64,000 bases of DNA from an uncultured Nitrospiraceae bacterium (GTDB taxonomy: Bacteria > Nitrospirota > Nitrospiria > Nitrospirales > Nitrospiraceae): assembly GCA_963846575.1 (NCBI GenBank), contig CAWJWJ010000002.1, forward strand, positions 1,696,001 through 1,760,000, given 5' to 3'. The first letter of the stretch is position 1. Each line of letters starts with the position of its first letter. A model generated the notes under the pieces. That model was not told the DNA's origin and made no database searches. It worked only from the letters and a program-made list of their open reading frames with translations. A program made the position numbers and the translations under genes. Positions 20,374-29,902 of the stretch are shown in pieces.

Positions 20374-20598
20374 TCAGTGTCCGCCCTTCTTCTCGTCTTT
20401 TTTCTTATCTTCGCCGAATACGGTCTGGGACAGGTGTCCGCCCTTCTTCTCGTCCTTCTTCTTGTCCTCACCGAGGAGAACCTGGGACAGGTGTCCGCCC
20501 TTCTTCTCGTCCTTCTTCTTCTCGTCTCCGGCAAATGACGGAGCGGTGAATGCAACGAGGATGGCTGCCGCGACAACTGCAAATAAAGCACGCTTCAT
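20374..20598 (-). CDS. Small secreted peptide (74 aa) with three G(D/E)(E/D)KKKDEKKGGH repeats
   Basis: AAGGAGG RBS; Sec signal MKRALFAVVAAAILVAFTAPSFA; own promoter and terminator. Confidence 0.8.
   Translation of the reverse strand: MKRALFAVVAAAILVAFTAPSFAGDEKKKDEKKGGHLSQVLLGEDKKKDEKKGGHLSQTVFGEDKKKDEKKGGH
20377..20530 (-). repeat. 57-bp coding tandem repeat (x3)
   Basis: GTGTCCGCCCTTCTTCTCGTC at 20377, 20434 and 20491. Confidence 0.9.
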
Positions 20599-20651
20599 GG
20601 GAACCCCTCCTTGAAAGGTTGAGAAATGTGTGCCCAGCATAAGGGCGCCCG

Positions 20652-20680
20652 AGGGTAGCCAACCGGGCAGAATAAGTCAA
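20652..20680 (-). promoter_or_regulatory. Putative sigma70 promoter for the repeat peptide
   Basis: TTGACT-N17-TACCCT on the minus strand. Confidence 0.45.
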
Positions 20681-20796
20681 TGACAGAGTTCATCCACCTG
20701 GTCAGCTCCACGTGGTCGGTCTTCCGCCCCAACCGCTCCTTCTCACCCCCTGTGATAGACTCTCATAAGGGGACGTCACAGGCTAGACTATGGACC

Positions 20797-22240
20797 ATGA
20801 CCACTGACGATATCGGACCCTACTCAAACTACCGTCTGACCGTCCGTCTCGCCCTGCTCAACCAACCAGGCATCTTCGCCAAGGTGGCAGGCCTTCTGGC
20901 AGAGGAGGGGGCCAACCTCGGCGCGGTGGACATCGTCTCGGCCAATGCCGAACGGATGATCCGAGACATCACATTTGACGTGCAGAACGAAACCCATGGC
21001 GAGCGGGTACTGGAACGTCTGGAGAGTCTGCCTGAAGTGAATGTGCTCTCCGCTTCCGACCGGATTTTTTTGCTCCACCTGGGCGGAAAGATCCGGGTTC
21101 AGAGTAAAGTCCCGGTCAACACCCGGAACGTCCTCTCCATGATCTACACTCCCGGCGTAGGACGCGTCTGCCAGGCGATTGCCAAGGATCCGACCAAGGC
21201 CTATGCCTTCACCATCAAGAGCAACAGCGTGGCGGTGGTCACCGATGGCTCCGCCGTGCTTGGACTCGGCAATCTCGGCCCGGCGGCGGCGCTCCCCGTG
21301 ATGGAGGGCAAGGTCATGCTGTTCAAAGAGTTAGCCGGCATCGATGCATGGCCGATCTGTCTGGGGACTCAGGACACGGAAGAGATCATCCGCATTGTTC
21401 GCGGCATTGCTCCCGGCTTCGGTGGCATCAACCTGGAAGACATCAGCGCGCCGCGCTGCTTCGAGATTGAACGAGCGCTGAAAACCTCCCTCGACATTCC
21501 CGTCATGCACGACGACCAGCACGGGACGGCCGTCGTATTGCTGGCCGCGCTCACCAATGCGCTGAGGGTCGTCGGAAAACGCATGGAAGATGTCCGGATC
21601 GTGGTCAACGGGCTTGGCGCAGCCGGGACCGCCTGTTGCCGTATTCTCCTCGCCGCAGGGGCCTGTCATCTCGTCGGCTGCGATAAGGAAGGCATCGTCC
21701 TCATGGGGGAGGCGGAGGAACTGCGCGCCTGCCGGACGGATCTCCAGGCCTGCATCCGGCGAAACCACCCGCGTGGAACTCTGCATCATGCGCTGAAGGG
21801 AGCCGATGTGTTCATCGGACTCTCCGTGGGCAATGTGCTGAGCAAGGATGACCTCGGGCGGATGAACCAGGATCGCATCGTCTTCGCGATGGCCAATCCC
21901 GACCCCGAGATTGACCCCAGGGTGGGCGATGAAACCTCTCGAATTTTTGCGACGGGTCGTTCGGACTTCCCGAATCAAATCAACAATGCCTTGTCGTTCC
22001 CGGGAATTTTTCGTGGGGCACTCGACGCCCAGGCCAGCGAAATCAACGAAGCCATGAAACTGGCGGCAGCTCAGGCGATCGCCGACTCCGTTCCGGCGCG
22101 CCGCCCTCTCGGAAGACTATATCGTTCCGAGTGTGTTCGACCGCGAAGTCGTCCCGCGAGTCGCAAAGGCCGTGGCCGCGGCCGCACGCGCCACCAATGT
22201 CGCCAGACGCCGCATCAAGATCGACGACGACCACTACTAA
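20797..22240 (+). CDS. NAD(P)-dependent malic enzyme with N-terminal ACT domain; +1 frameshift near 22098
   Basis: YTPGVG, VTDGSAVLGLGNLG, MEGK, NLEDISAPRCF, HDDQHGTA, AMANPDPEI, NQINN; the conserved tail LSEDYIVPSVFDREVVPRVAKAV continues in another frame to TAA 22240. Confidence 0.88.
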
Positions 22241-22390
22241 CCATCCTTCAGCCGTCTCACGCCTTGTATTCTTCCTGCTTGGCGCGATGTGCGCGATGCA
22301 TGTAGAGTACGCGGATATTTTGAAGAGGGTTCTCCGCGTCCTCGTACTATGGAGACCGCACCCCACCTTGACCGTGCTCGGGAGATCGGC

Positions 22391-23650
22391 GTGACCCCCA
22401 CAACCATTCAGCTCATCGGCACGACACTGTTTGGCGTCGCCATTCTACATACCTTCAGCACCTCGATATTTCAGCACCTGGCGCATACCAGGCCAGCCCA
22501 TGCAGGATTGTGGCATTTGCTGGGCGAAGTCGAGGTCGTCTTCGGGTTCTGGGCTTCTGTTCTGATGCTCGCCATGTTCATCACCGACGGGGCGACGGCC
22601 GCCGTCCAGTATATCGATTCCTATCCCTTCATCGAACCGATGTTCGTCTTTGCCATTATGGTCATTGCCGGTTCACGCCCGATTCTGCAGACCTCGTTGC
22701 AAGGAGTGCGCATGATCAGTCGCGCGATCCCCTTGCCGGTCAATATGGGATTTTATTTCGCGGTCCTGGCGCTCGTGCCGTTGTTGGGTTCGTTCATCAC
22801 AGAAGCCGCGGCCATGACGCTGGCGGCCATGATTCTGCGCGACCGCTACTTTCGAATCGGCATCTCCAACAGTCTGAAGTACGCGACTCTGGGGGTGCTC
22901 TTCGTGAATGTCTCGATCGGTGGCACACTGACACCCTTCGCCGCCCCCCCGGTCCTGATGGTGGCCGGGACCTGGAACTGGGACATCAGCTTCATGATGG
23001 CCACCTTCGGATGGAAGGCGGCGGTCGCCGTTCTCATCAATGCGCTGGCCGTGACGATCCTGTTCCGCAGGGAACTGTGCCTGCTGCCGGCCGACTCGCG
23101 CGAGACGGATCAGGAGGCTCTCCCGATCGCCATCGTGCTGATCCATCTGTTTTTCCTTGCGGGCGTTGTCGTGTTCACGCATCATCCCGCCATATTCATG
23201 GGCGTATTTTTATTTTTTCTCGGTGTCGCCCACGCGTATGAACGCTATCAGAACCGGCTGATTCTGCGCGAAGGACTACTCGTCGCCTTTTTTCTAGCCG
23301 GACTGGAACTGTTGGGCGGGCAACAGCAATGGTGGTTGCAGCCCGTGTTGCTGGGGATGAACAGCGATTCGGTGTTCTTCGGCGCAGGAGTCCTCACGGC
23401 CTTTACGGACAACGCGGCGTTGACCTATCTCGGATCCCGGGTCGAAGGGCTGTCCGAGGAGTTCAAGTATGCCCTGGTCGCCGGAGCCGTCACCGGCGGT
23501 GGCTTGACCGTCATTGCGAATGCCCCCAATCCCGCCTGCATTGCGATCCTGCGGGGCCATTTCGAAGATGAGACCATCAGGCCGGTCGGATTGTTTGTAG
23601 CGGCGCTGCCGCCGACTCTCATGGCCGTGTTGGCATTTTGGTATTTGTAG
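22391..23650 (+). CDS. Putative Na+/H+ antiporter (DUF1504-like) membrane protein
   Basis: About 11 TM segments; LLGEVEVVFGFW, GSFITEAAAMT, VNVSIGGTLTPFAAPPVLMVA, GAVTGGGLTVIANAPN; GTG start after GGAG. Confidence 0.75.
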   Translation: MTPTTIQLIGTTLFGVAILHTFSTSIFQHLAHTRPAHAGLWHLLGEVEVVFGFWASVLMLAMFITDGATAAVQYIDSYPFIEPMFVFAIMVIAGSRPILQTSLQGVRMISRAIPLPVNMGFYFAVLALVPLLGSFITEAAAMTLAAMILRDRYFRIGISNSLKYATLGVLFVNVSIGGTLTPFAAPPVLMVAGTWNWDISFMMATFGWKAAVAVLINALAVTILFRRELCLLPADSRETDQEALPIAIVLIHLFFLAGVVVFTHHPAIFMGVFLFFLGVAHAYERYQNRLILREGLLVAFFLAGLELLGGQQQWWLQPVLLGMNSDSVFFGAGVLTAFTDNAALTYLGSRVEGLSEEFKYALVAGAVTGGGLTVIANAPNPACIAILRGHFEDETIRPVGLFVAALPPTLMAVLAFWYL

Positions 23651-23766
23651 ACGCGCCGCGCCACACACCCGACGGCAGCCCACTCTTATCGAAGCCCGAA
23701 GGGTTGTGCTAATATGCGAGCAACCTGGGCGCAACTTGCGCGCAGGATGCCGTTCAACGAGGAACA

Positions 23767-24396
23767 GTGGCCTTTTCAACGAACCGACTTTTCAAATTCC
23801 AGCGAGGTATGCGGCGCCGGATCGGCATGCTGCGCGCCAAGAACGTAGACAGCATGGAGTTTGCCGTCGACTTTATGATGCAGGAGCGGGTCGATAGTTA
23901 TTTCCGTGTCGAGCCGGGCCTCGAAGAGGTGGAGCGCTCACTGCAGCAAATTGAAGATGAATTGGAGCAGGTCCGGGATGTATCCGGCGCCGTACGGTTG
24001 GAATCGCGGCTGGAGTTCGTCGAAGACCGCTGGGACGAACTCGACAGTGAAGTGCGCGAACGGCCGCGCCGCCGTCGACGGAAGATCAATCTCGCGGATT
24101 TCTTGAAGGCGGCAGGAGGGGAGGGCGGCTCCGGCGGCGCGAGCAGCGAGGTCACGAACGCCTACGACGCCTATCAAATACTCGGCCTGGAGTTCGGCAC
24201 GCCGCTGGCCGATGTGACCACCTCGTTCCGCCAACGCGCCAAGGAACTTCACCCGGATGCGCGCAATGGAGACCGCAGTTCTGAACCGGAACTCCGACGG
24301 ATTCTCGAAGCCTACCAATTTTTAAAAGAATTCCTGAGCCTCAGCAATACCGAACCGCCGATTTCGCGCGGCGCGGAATATCGACCCACCGAGTAA
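23767..24396 (+). CDS. J-domain (DnaJ-like) protein with C-terminal J domain
   Basis: AYQILGL..FRQRAKELHPD..ILEAYQFL; N-terminal coiled coil. Confidence 0.8.
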   Translation: MAFSTNRLFKFQRGMRRRIGMLRAKNVDSMEFAVDFMMQERVDSYFRVEPGLEEVERSLQQIEDELEQVRDVSGAVRLESRLEFVEDRWDELDSEVRERPRRRRRKINLADFLKAAGGEGGSGGASSEVTNAYDAYQILGLEFGTPLADVTTSFRQRAKELHPDARNGDRSSEPELRRILEAYQFLKEFLSLSNTEPPISRGAEYRPTE

Positions 24397-24399
24397 TCT

Positions 24400-25605
24400 A
24401 TGACGACCACGCAACCGGATCAAACGTTGATTACCTCCGAAAAGTCCCTGGATGCGCTGTGCGATCAACTGGTGGACAGTTCGGTCATCGCCATCGACAC
24501 CGAATTCATGGGCGAAGAACACTTCATTCCTCGCTTGGAGCTGATCCAAGTCGCGGCCGAAGGCGTGGGCGCCGTCATCGACTTTCCGGCCGTGCAGGAC
24601 ACCGCTCCTATCGCCCGATTCTGGGATATTCTCTGTAATACCGGTATCGAAAAAGTACTGCATGCCGGACGGCAGGACCTGGAGTTATTTTCTCACCACG
24701 CCGGACGTCTGCCCAAACCGTTCTTCGACACTCAGATCGCAGCGGCCATGGTCGGCTATGGCGCACAAACCGCCTATGCCAATTTGGTGCAGCGCGTTCA
24801 GGGCGTGAAGCTCGACAAGGCGCACACCTTTACCAATTGGAGTCAGCGGCCGCTGAGTCAGGAACAGCTTGTGTATGCCCTGGATGACGTCACCTTCCTC
24901 CTGCCTATTCACAAGCACTTGAGGCAAAAGCTGACGGTCATGGGCCGGTTGGAATGGGTAGATGAAGAATTTACCCGGCTGGAAGTCGCACTCGGGGCGC
25001 AAGCTCGCGATCCGCTGGAACGGTATCAACGGATCCGCGGATGGGAGAGTCTCAAGCCTCGTGCGGCCGGGGTCCTGCGTGACTTGGCTGCGTGGCGGGA
25101 AGGGGAAGCTCGCCGCCGTAATGTGCCGAGAGGACGCGTCATGCGCGACGAGGTCCTGGTGCAGTTGGCCCGGCAGACACCGGCCACGCTCGATCAACTC
25201 CGCAGCATGCGCGGCATGTACTCCTCAGAGGTGGAGCGCAATGGTCAGGCCCTCCTGACCACCATGCAGCAGGCGCTGGCGCGCCCTGCCTCGGAATGGC
25301 CGGAAGTGCCCCGTGATCGGAAACCGGACCCTGAATCCACCGGCGTATTGGAACTGCTGCAGGCGGTGCTCAAGTCCCGAGCCGCCATGGAAAACATCGC
25401 TCCGACCCTCATCGCTACCACCGGCGACCTGCAAGCCCTCGTCGAACGCACCTCGGAAGAAGTGGTCGACATCCCGGTATTGCGCGGGTGGCGCCGTCAA
25501 TTAGTCGGTGAGACCCTGCTCAGCGTTCTGGCGGGAGATCTCAAGGTGTGGATCGATCGGGAACTCGGCAAGCTTCGATTCGGCCACCTCGAGCCTCCTG
25601 CGTAA
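24400..25605 (+). CDS. rnd: Ribonuclease D
   Basis: AIDTEF, VLHAGRQD, FDTQIAA, WSQRPL, YALDDV, HRDC-like region. Confidence 0.9.
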   Translation: MTTTQPDQTLITSEKSLDALCDQLVDSSVIAIDTEFMGEEHFIPRLELIQVAAEGVGAVIDFPAVQDTAPIARFWDILCNTGIEKVLHAGRQDLELFSHHAGRLPKPFFDTQIAAAMVGYGAQTAYANLVQRVQGVKLDKAHTFTNWSQRPLSQEQLVYALDDVTFLLPIHKHLRQKLTVMGRLEWVDEEFTRLEVALGAQARDPLERYQRIRGWESLKPRAAGVLRDLAAWREGEARRRNVPRGRVMRDEVLVQLARQTPATLDQLRSMRGMYSSEVERNGQALLTTMQQALARPASEWPEVPRDRKPDPESTGVLELLQAVLKSRAAMENIAPTLIATTGDLQALVERTSEEVVDIPVLRGWRRQLVGETLLSVLAGDLKVWIDRELGKLRFGHLEPPA

Positions 25606-25654
25606 TACCCATCCTCTGTCCTTTGCCCGTCACATCGTCGGCCAAACGCGACGA

Positions 25655-25930
25655 TCACGCCGGGTCGCGAGGAGATCCCGCCCGGCGGTGATTCCGACGG
25701 TCTTTCCACAACCCCAGCAACAGCGTCAGGAGTGCCAGACCGATTTCGTCAGCCAGCGGGATGACGTCCGGAATGACGATATCCGCCAGCGTGAGCAGGG
25801 CGAAGAGCACAAAAAGAGAGGGAAACCGCAGATTGAGTCGCTGCAGTATCCGACCGAGGAGGGACGGGCGGTCAACAGAACTAAATGCAACCATCAGCAT
25901 TGTCCTCCATCGTGTTGGTGGGCGCGTCAT
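25655..25930 (-). CDS. Small membrane protein (DUF6116-like)
   Basis: LRFPSLF..DIVIPDVIPLADEIGLALLTLLLG.WK motif; start uncertain. Confidence 0.6.
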   Translation of the reverse strand: MTRPPTRWRTMLMVAFSSVDRPSLLGRILQRLNLRFPSLFVLFALLTLADIVIPDVIPLADEIGLALLTLLLGLWKDRRNHRRAGSPRDPA

Positions 25931-25954
25931 CCGGGCGCGCTCCGTTCCGCATGG

Positions 25955-26305
25955 CTACAACAGTGTGCTAATCGTGTCGGCCGGTCTCGCCAATATCGCC
26001 TTCTCCCCCTTTTCTACCAGAGGACGTTGGATGAGGTCCGGATGTTGAATCATCTGGTCGAGGAGATGGTCGTCGCTCAAGGTCTGGTCTGCGAGTTTGA
26101 GCGATTTGTAGAGATCCTCTTTGGCGCGCAGGACATCACGCACACCGAGGCCCGCCTTTCGTAGCAGGGTCTTTAAGAGGCCCTTCGTAAAGGGTTGCTC
26201 ATAATAGTTGATCGTCTTGAACGGCTGTCCGCTTTCCCTGACCAGGCGAACCGCTTCACGACAGGTCGAGCAGGTGGGCTTCTGATAAATCGTAATTTCC
26301 GCCAT
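25955..26305 (-). CDS. ArsC/Spx-like thioredoxin-fold protein
   Basis: IYQKPTCSTCR, HPDLIQRPLV, ARP. Confidence 0.85.
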   Translation of the reverse strand: MAEITIYQKPTCSTCREAVRLVRESGQPFKTINYYEQPFTKGLLKTLLRKAGLGVRDVLRAKEDLYKSLKLADQTLSDDHLLDQMIQHPDLIQRPLVEKGEKAILARPADTISTLL

Positions 26306-26453
26306 GTGTTGCGCGTTTCCTTTCATGTGAGTTCCCTTGACGCAATTTTTTCACCTGTGTTACATCACTAGATCACACGTCTACCAGCTAACAACTATGC
26401 CGATTTTCGGAACCGACACCAGCGACCAGACAGGCAGGTTTTCCTGCGCCACG

Positions 26454-26774
26454 ATGACCCAGCGCACCCTGAAAGACCTGCGGACTAAACGCAAAGGGCA
26501 ACCGGTGTTCGTCCTCGGACACCGGCTCGAGCGAAAGGGCACAGAAGCGACATTCGAAGTCTTCAATGACCGCCTGGCCATTATTCTCTTTGAGGACAAC
26601 GTTCGTCTCGGCTACGATCCCATTGAACTCTTGCTCCCGACCGAGATCGACGACCAGGGGGTGGCCTACTTCGAAATTCGCCCCTGTCGATTGTGCGCAC
26701 AACTGTTTCCCCTCACGGCCGACGAGTGCGATGCAGACGAAGAACCGTCGTGCTGCCCCGAATGCGCCTCGTAA
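26454..26774 (+). CDS. Hypothetical protein with C-terminal Cys-rich zinc-ribbon
   Basis: CRLC...CCPEC at the C-terminus; ATG 26454 chosen as start. Confidence 0.6.
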   Translation: MTQRTLKDLRTKRKGQPVFVLGHRLERKGTEATFEVFNDRLAIILFEDNVRLGYDPIELLLPTEIDDQGVAYFEIRPCRLCAQLFPLTADECDADEEPSCCPECAS

Positions 26775-26860
26775 GGAACACACATCATATCCTGGCCAGT
26801 TGTGAACCGGAGTGGGGTAGATGGAAGAGTCTCGTACCGACTCAGTCCCCGCAGTCGCCG

Positions 26861-27244
26861 CTAATCCGCCAGCGGGGCAATTTCCACAGCCTTCTTGATC
26901 AAACAGTCTCCCGCGAATCCCTGCAGCGGCATGGGCAACATGCTCGCATCAAGCACCCGTGCTGAACTCACCCTGAAACCGTCTCCCACCTTCGCTCCTT
27001 CCAACTTCAGCGCATGGCACACTTCGATGGTACGCCATACCGGATTCCCGAGCACTGTTTCCGCCGGGACCAGTTTCATATCCGACACGGCACCGTCGAG
27101 CAGCACCCTCGCAGCCACCTGCATCTTGTCTTTCGGCGGATGGCTGATCACCGCGAATATCGTCTGCTCTCCGTCAGCCAGCGCCGCCTGAGAGAGGGCA
27201 AGCACGACGATGACTCCCATCACGAGCGAACGGAACCGAATCAT
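26861..27244 (-). CDS. Hypothetical secreted protein
   Basis: Signal peptide ending ALA-D; GAGG RBS. Confidence 0.6.
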   Translation of the reverse strand: MIRFRSLVMGVIVVLALSQAALADGEQTIFAVISHPPKDKMQVAARVLLDGAVSDMKLVPAETVLGNPVWRTIEVCHALKLEGAKVGDGFRVSSARVLDASMLPMPLQGFAGDCLIKKAVEIAPLAD

Positions 27245-27246
27245 AC

Positions 27247-27495
27247 TTACCTCGTTGTCGCCTCCGAAGATGTGCCGGAAGGGAGATTCTGACCTGGTCT
27301 CACGGGAGCTGGCGATCCTGACGCACCGCCGGGGCTCGGGCCGCCGTGACTCAAAGTGCTACGGCCGACTCGCGGCTCACCTAATGTTCCTGAGGTGTTA
27401 TTCGAAGGACCGGCGGGATGATCTCGCCAAAGCATCACCAGGCCCACGCCGAGTATCAGAATTCCAGCCACTAGCAGGAGTCGCCCCAAGGTCAC
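27247..27495 (-). CDS. Hypothetical single-pass membrane protein
   Basis: N-terminal TM helix and a G/P/S-rich tail; ends 2 bp before the next gene. Confidence 0.5.
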   Translation of the reverse strand: MTLGRLLLVAGILILGVGLVMLWRDHPAGPSNNTSGTLGEPRVGRSTLSHGGPSPGGASGSPAPVRPGQNLPSGTSSEATTR

Positions 27496-27688
27496 CGTTC
27501 CCTCGCATTCACGCTCGCATCTCTGTCGGTCAGTATGCCAAGCCGGTCAGTTCAATTCAAGGTGATGGCTGAGCAGGGGGCATGGATCATGGTAAGCTCA
27601 GTCAGATACCGTTCCAACCAACGATCACCGCGGGAGGCTCAGTAGTGACACCTGCGGGGGCACGCGTAGGCAGAAGGGGAGATCATTT

Positions 27689-28822
27689 ATGCCGCACGAC
27701 TTTATGCCGGGCTTAGCCGGAGTTCCCGCCGCGAAATCAGCGATCAGTGATGTGGACGGCACGCGAGGCGTGCTCGAATACCGAGGCATCCGGGTTGAGG
27801 AATTGTGCCAGCAGTCCTCCTTTCTGGAAACCAGCTATCTGCTGCTGTTTGGACGGCTCCCGACGGAGTCCGAACTCCGCCGCTGGGTTCAAGACGTGAC
27901 CCATCATCGCCGGATCAAATTTCGCATTGTGGATCTCCTCAAGGCCCTGCCCGAACATGGTCATCCCATGGACGCCTTGCAGGCGGCCGTCGCCGCGCTG
28001 GGTATGTTTTATCCGGGACGCAATGTAAAAGACGTGGATAACAATTACTGGTCGGCGGTCCGACTCATCGCCAAGCTTCCGACCATCGTAGCAGCCTGGG
28101 CCCGTCTTCGGCGGGGAGACGAATATATTCCGCCACGGGATGACCTCTCGTTCGCCGATAATTTCCTCTACATGCTGAACGAGACGGTTCCGCATCCGCT
28201 CTGGAGCGAGGTGTTCGACGACTGTCTGATCCTCCACGCCGAACACACCATGAACGCATCGACGTTTGCCGGCATGGTCACGGCCTCAACCCTGGCTGAT
28301 CCCTACACCGTGGTGGCCTCATCGATCGGGGCGCTGAAGGGACCGTTGCACGGAGGGGCGAATGAGGAAGTCGTGACCATGCTCCGGAACATCGGCGCGC
28401 CGGCGCAAGCCCGGGCGGCCGTAGAGGCCAAACTGGCAAAAAATGAGAAGCTCATGGGATTCGGCCACCGGGTCTACAAGGTCAAAGATCCCAGGGCCAC
28501 CGTGCTACAGGAGCTCAGCATGCGGCTGTTCAATGTCTGTGGCACCTCGCCCCTCTACGAGGTGGCGGTGGCCGTGGAACAGCTGGCCAACGATCGTCTC
28601 CAGGGCAAGGGCATCTATCCGAACGTCGATTTTTACTCGGGTATTATCTACGACAAGATGGGTATCGAACTGGATCTGTTTACGCCGCTGTTCGCGATGG
28701 CGAGAGTGAGCGGATGGCTGGCGCATTGGCTGGAACAACTACAAGAGAATAAGCTGTACCGGCCCGACCAAATCTACTCGGGGGAACACAACCAATCCTA
28801 TGTACCGATCGACCGGCGCTAG
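27689..28822 (+). CDS. gltA: Citrate synthase
   Basis: GLAGV, LEYRG, LHAEHTMNASTF, GPLHGGANE, MGFGHRVYK..DPRA, YPNVDFYSG. Confidence 0.93.
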   Translation: MPHDFMPGLAGVPAAKSAISDVDGTRGVLEYRGIRVEELCQQSSFLETSYLLLFGRLPTESELRRWVQDVTHHRRIKFRIVDLLKALPEHGHPMDALQAAVAALGMFYPGRNVKDVDNNYWSAVRLIAKLPTIVAAWARLRRGDEYIPPRDDLSFADNFLYMLNETVPHPLWSEVFDDCLILHAEHTMNASTFAGMVTASTLADPYTVVASSIGALKGPLHGGANEEVVTMLRNIGAPAQARAAVEAKLAKNEKLMGFGHRVYKVKDPRATVLQELSMRLFNVCGTSPLYEVAVAVEQLANDRLQGKGIYPNVDFYSGIIYDKMGIELDLFTPLFAMARVSGWLAHWLEQLQENKLYRPDQIYSGEHNQSYVPIDRR

Positions 28823-28823
28823 G

Positions 28824-28913
28824 CTATTCTGTCCGACCGACGAACCACCAGACGACGAGGGACGTCACAAACATAAACCCGCCGAGCACCGCATAGGATA
28901 CAAATTCCAACAT
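28824..28913 (-). CDS. Possible 29-aa membrane peptide (MLEFVSYAVLGGFMFVTSLVVWWFVGRTE)
   Basis: GGAGG RBS upstream; one TM helix; converges on the gltA stop. Confidence 0.45.
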   Translation of the reverse strand: MLEFVSYAVLGGFMFVTSLVVWWFVGRTE

Positions 28914-29099
28914 AGATCTTCCCCTCCGGCAAAGGGGAATAATAAATAATGCCGAGCCCTCTAATGTCAAGGCCTTCCATCGATGTTCACCCCTTCCACT
29001 CGCCCTTGACTTCATCGCTGCCGAGCTTACCTCCTTACTAGTGAGTAGGGCATTACGTAGATGAACACTCTCAGCCTAGTTACACAAGGAGGTCCTGTT

Positions 29100-29555
29100 A
29101 TGACACTCGTGAAATGGGATCCGTTCAGGGAGTTGGAAGAAATGTCGGAGCGCTTGAACTGGATGTTTGCCAAACCGACGACTCATCCGACAGTGGGGCA
29201 GGGGAAGGAAGTCATGACCGTGGCCGACTGGACCCCCACCGTGGATATCACGGAAACGGAAGGCGAGTACGCCATTAAGGCGGAGCTACCGGAAGTCAGG
29301 AAAGAAGACGTCAAAATCACCGTCGAAGACGGAGTCCTGACACTCCAAGGCGAACGGAAGCAGGAAAAGGAAGAGACGGGAAGAAAGTACCACCGGATTG
29401 AGCGATCCTACGGCCGCTTCGTGCGCAGCTTCACGCTTCCCGACACGGTCGACGAGAGCAAGGTTCGGGCGGACTATGCCGAGGGGGTGCTGCATTTACA
29501 CCTCCCGAAATCCGAAAAAGCAAAGCCGAAGCAGATCGAAGTGAGGATTGCCTGA
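29100..29555 (+). CDS. Hsp20/alpha-crystallin small heat-shock protein
   Basis: WDPFRELE, PTVDITE, AELP, ERSYGRFVRSFTLP, GVLHLHLPK; AAGGAGG RBS. Confidence 0.93.
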   Translation: MTLVKWDPFRELEEMSERLNWMFAKPTTHPTVGQGKEVMTVADWTPTVDITETEGEYAIKAELPEVRKEDVKITVEDGVLTLQGERKQEKEETGRKYHRIERSYGRFVRSFTLPDTVDESKVRADYAEGVLHLHLPKSEKAKPKQIEVRIA

Positions 29556-29592
29556 CGGTGCTTCACTCTTGGCCGGCAGGGCCTATGCCTGA

Positions 29593-29626
29593 GAACAGCG
29601 GCCCGACTCGGGGGCCGCTGTTTTTC
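29593..29626 (+). terminator. Rho-independent terminator after hsp20
   Basis: AACAGCGGCCC / GGGCCGCTGTT stem followed by a T-run. Confidence 0.75.
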
Positions 29627-29902
29627 CATCAGCGACAGATCTCTCGTGAACAGTCCCGCCGTCACGCGCGACTGGCTTCGGTTCAAGGTCTTTCCCAACT
29701 GCGCACATTCCGTTCGTGAGAGTCGTGCCCCCCTCTCTTTCACCGTGCCTCCGGGTGAAACAACCCGACAATCCACCCGCATCGAATGATCTCGCGTAAT
29801 CTTTCGAACGTTCGGCAATGCTTGTGCTTCCCCAGCGTGACCGTTTATTATGCGCGGCTCCAGCACGTAAAACGCCTGTCAGCTTTTCGAGGAGACCCGA
29901 CG

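Noticed and set aside
20377..20530. CRISPR-like spacing (21-bp repeat + 36-bp spacer, x3)
   Set aside because: The spacers resemble each other, the period is 19 codons inside an ORF with a signal peptide, and there are no cas genes.
27689..28822. Citryl-CoA lyase of the reductive TCA cycle
   Set aside because: Full length with an N-terminal GLAGV/LEYRG region fits an ordinary citrate synthase.
29000..29099. CIRCE/HrcA operator upstream of hsp20
   Set aside because: No TTAGCACTC-N9-GAGTGCTAA match seen.
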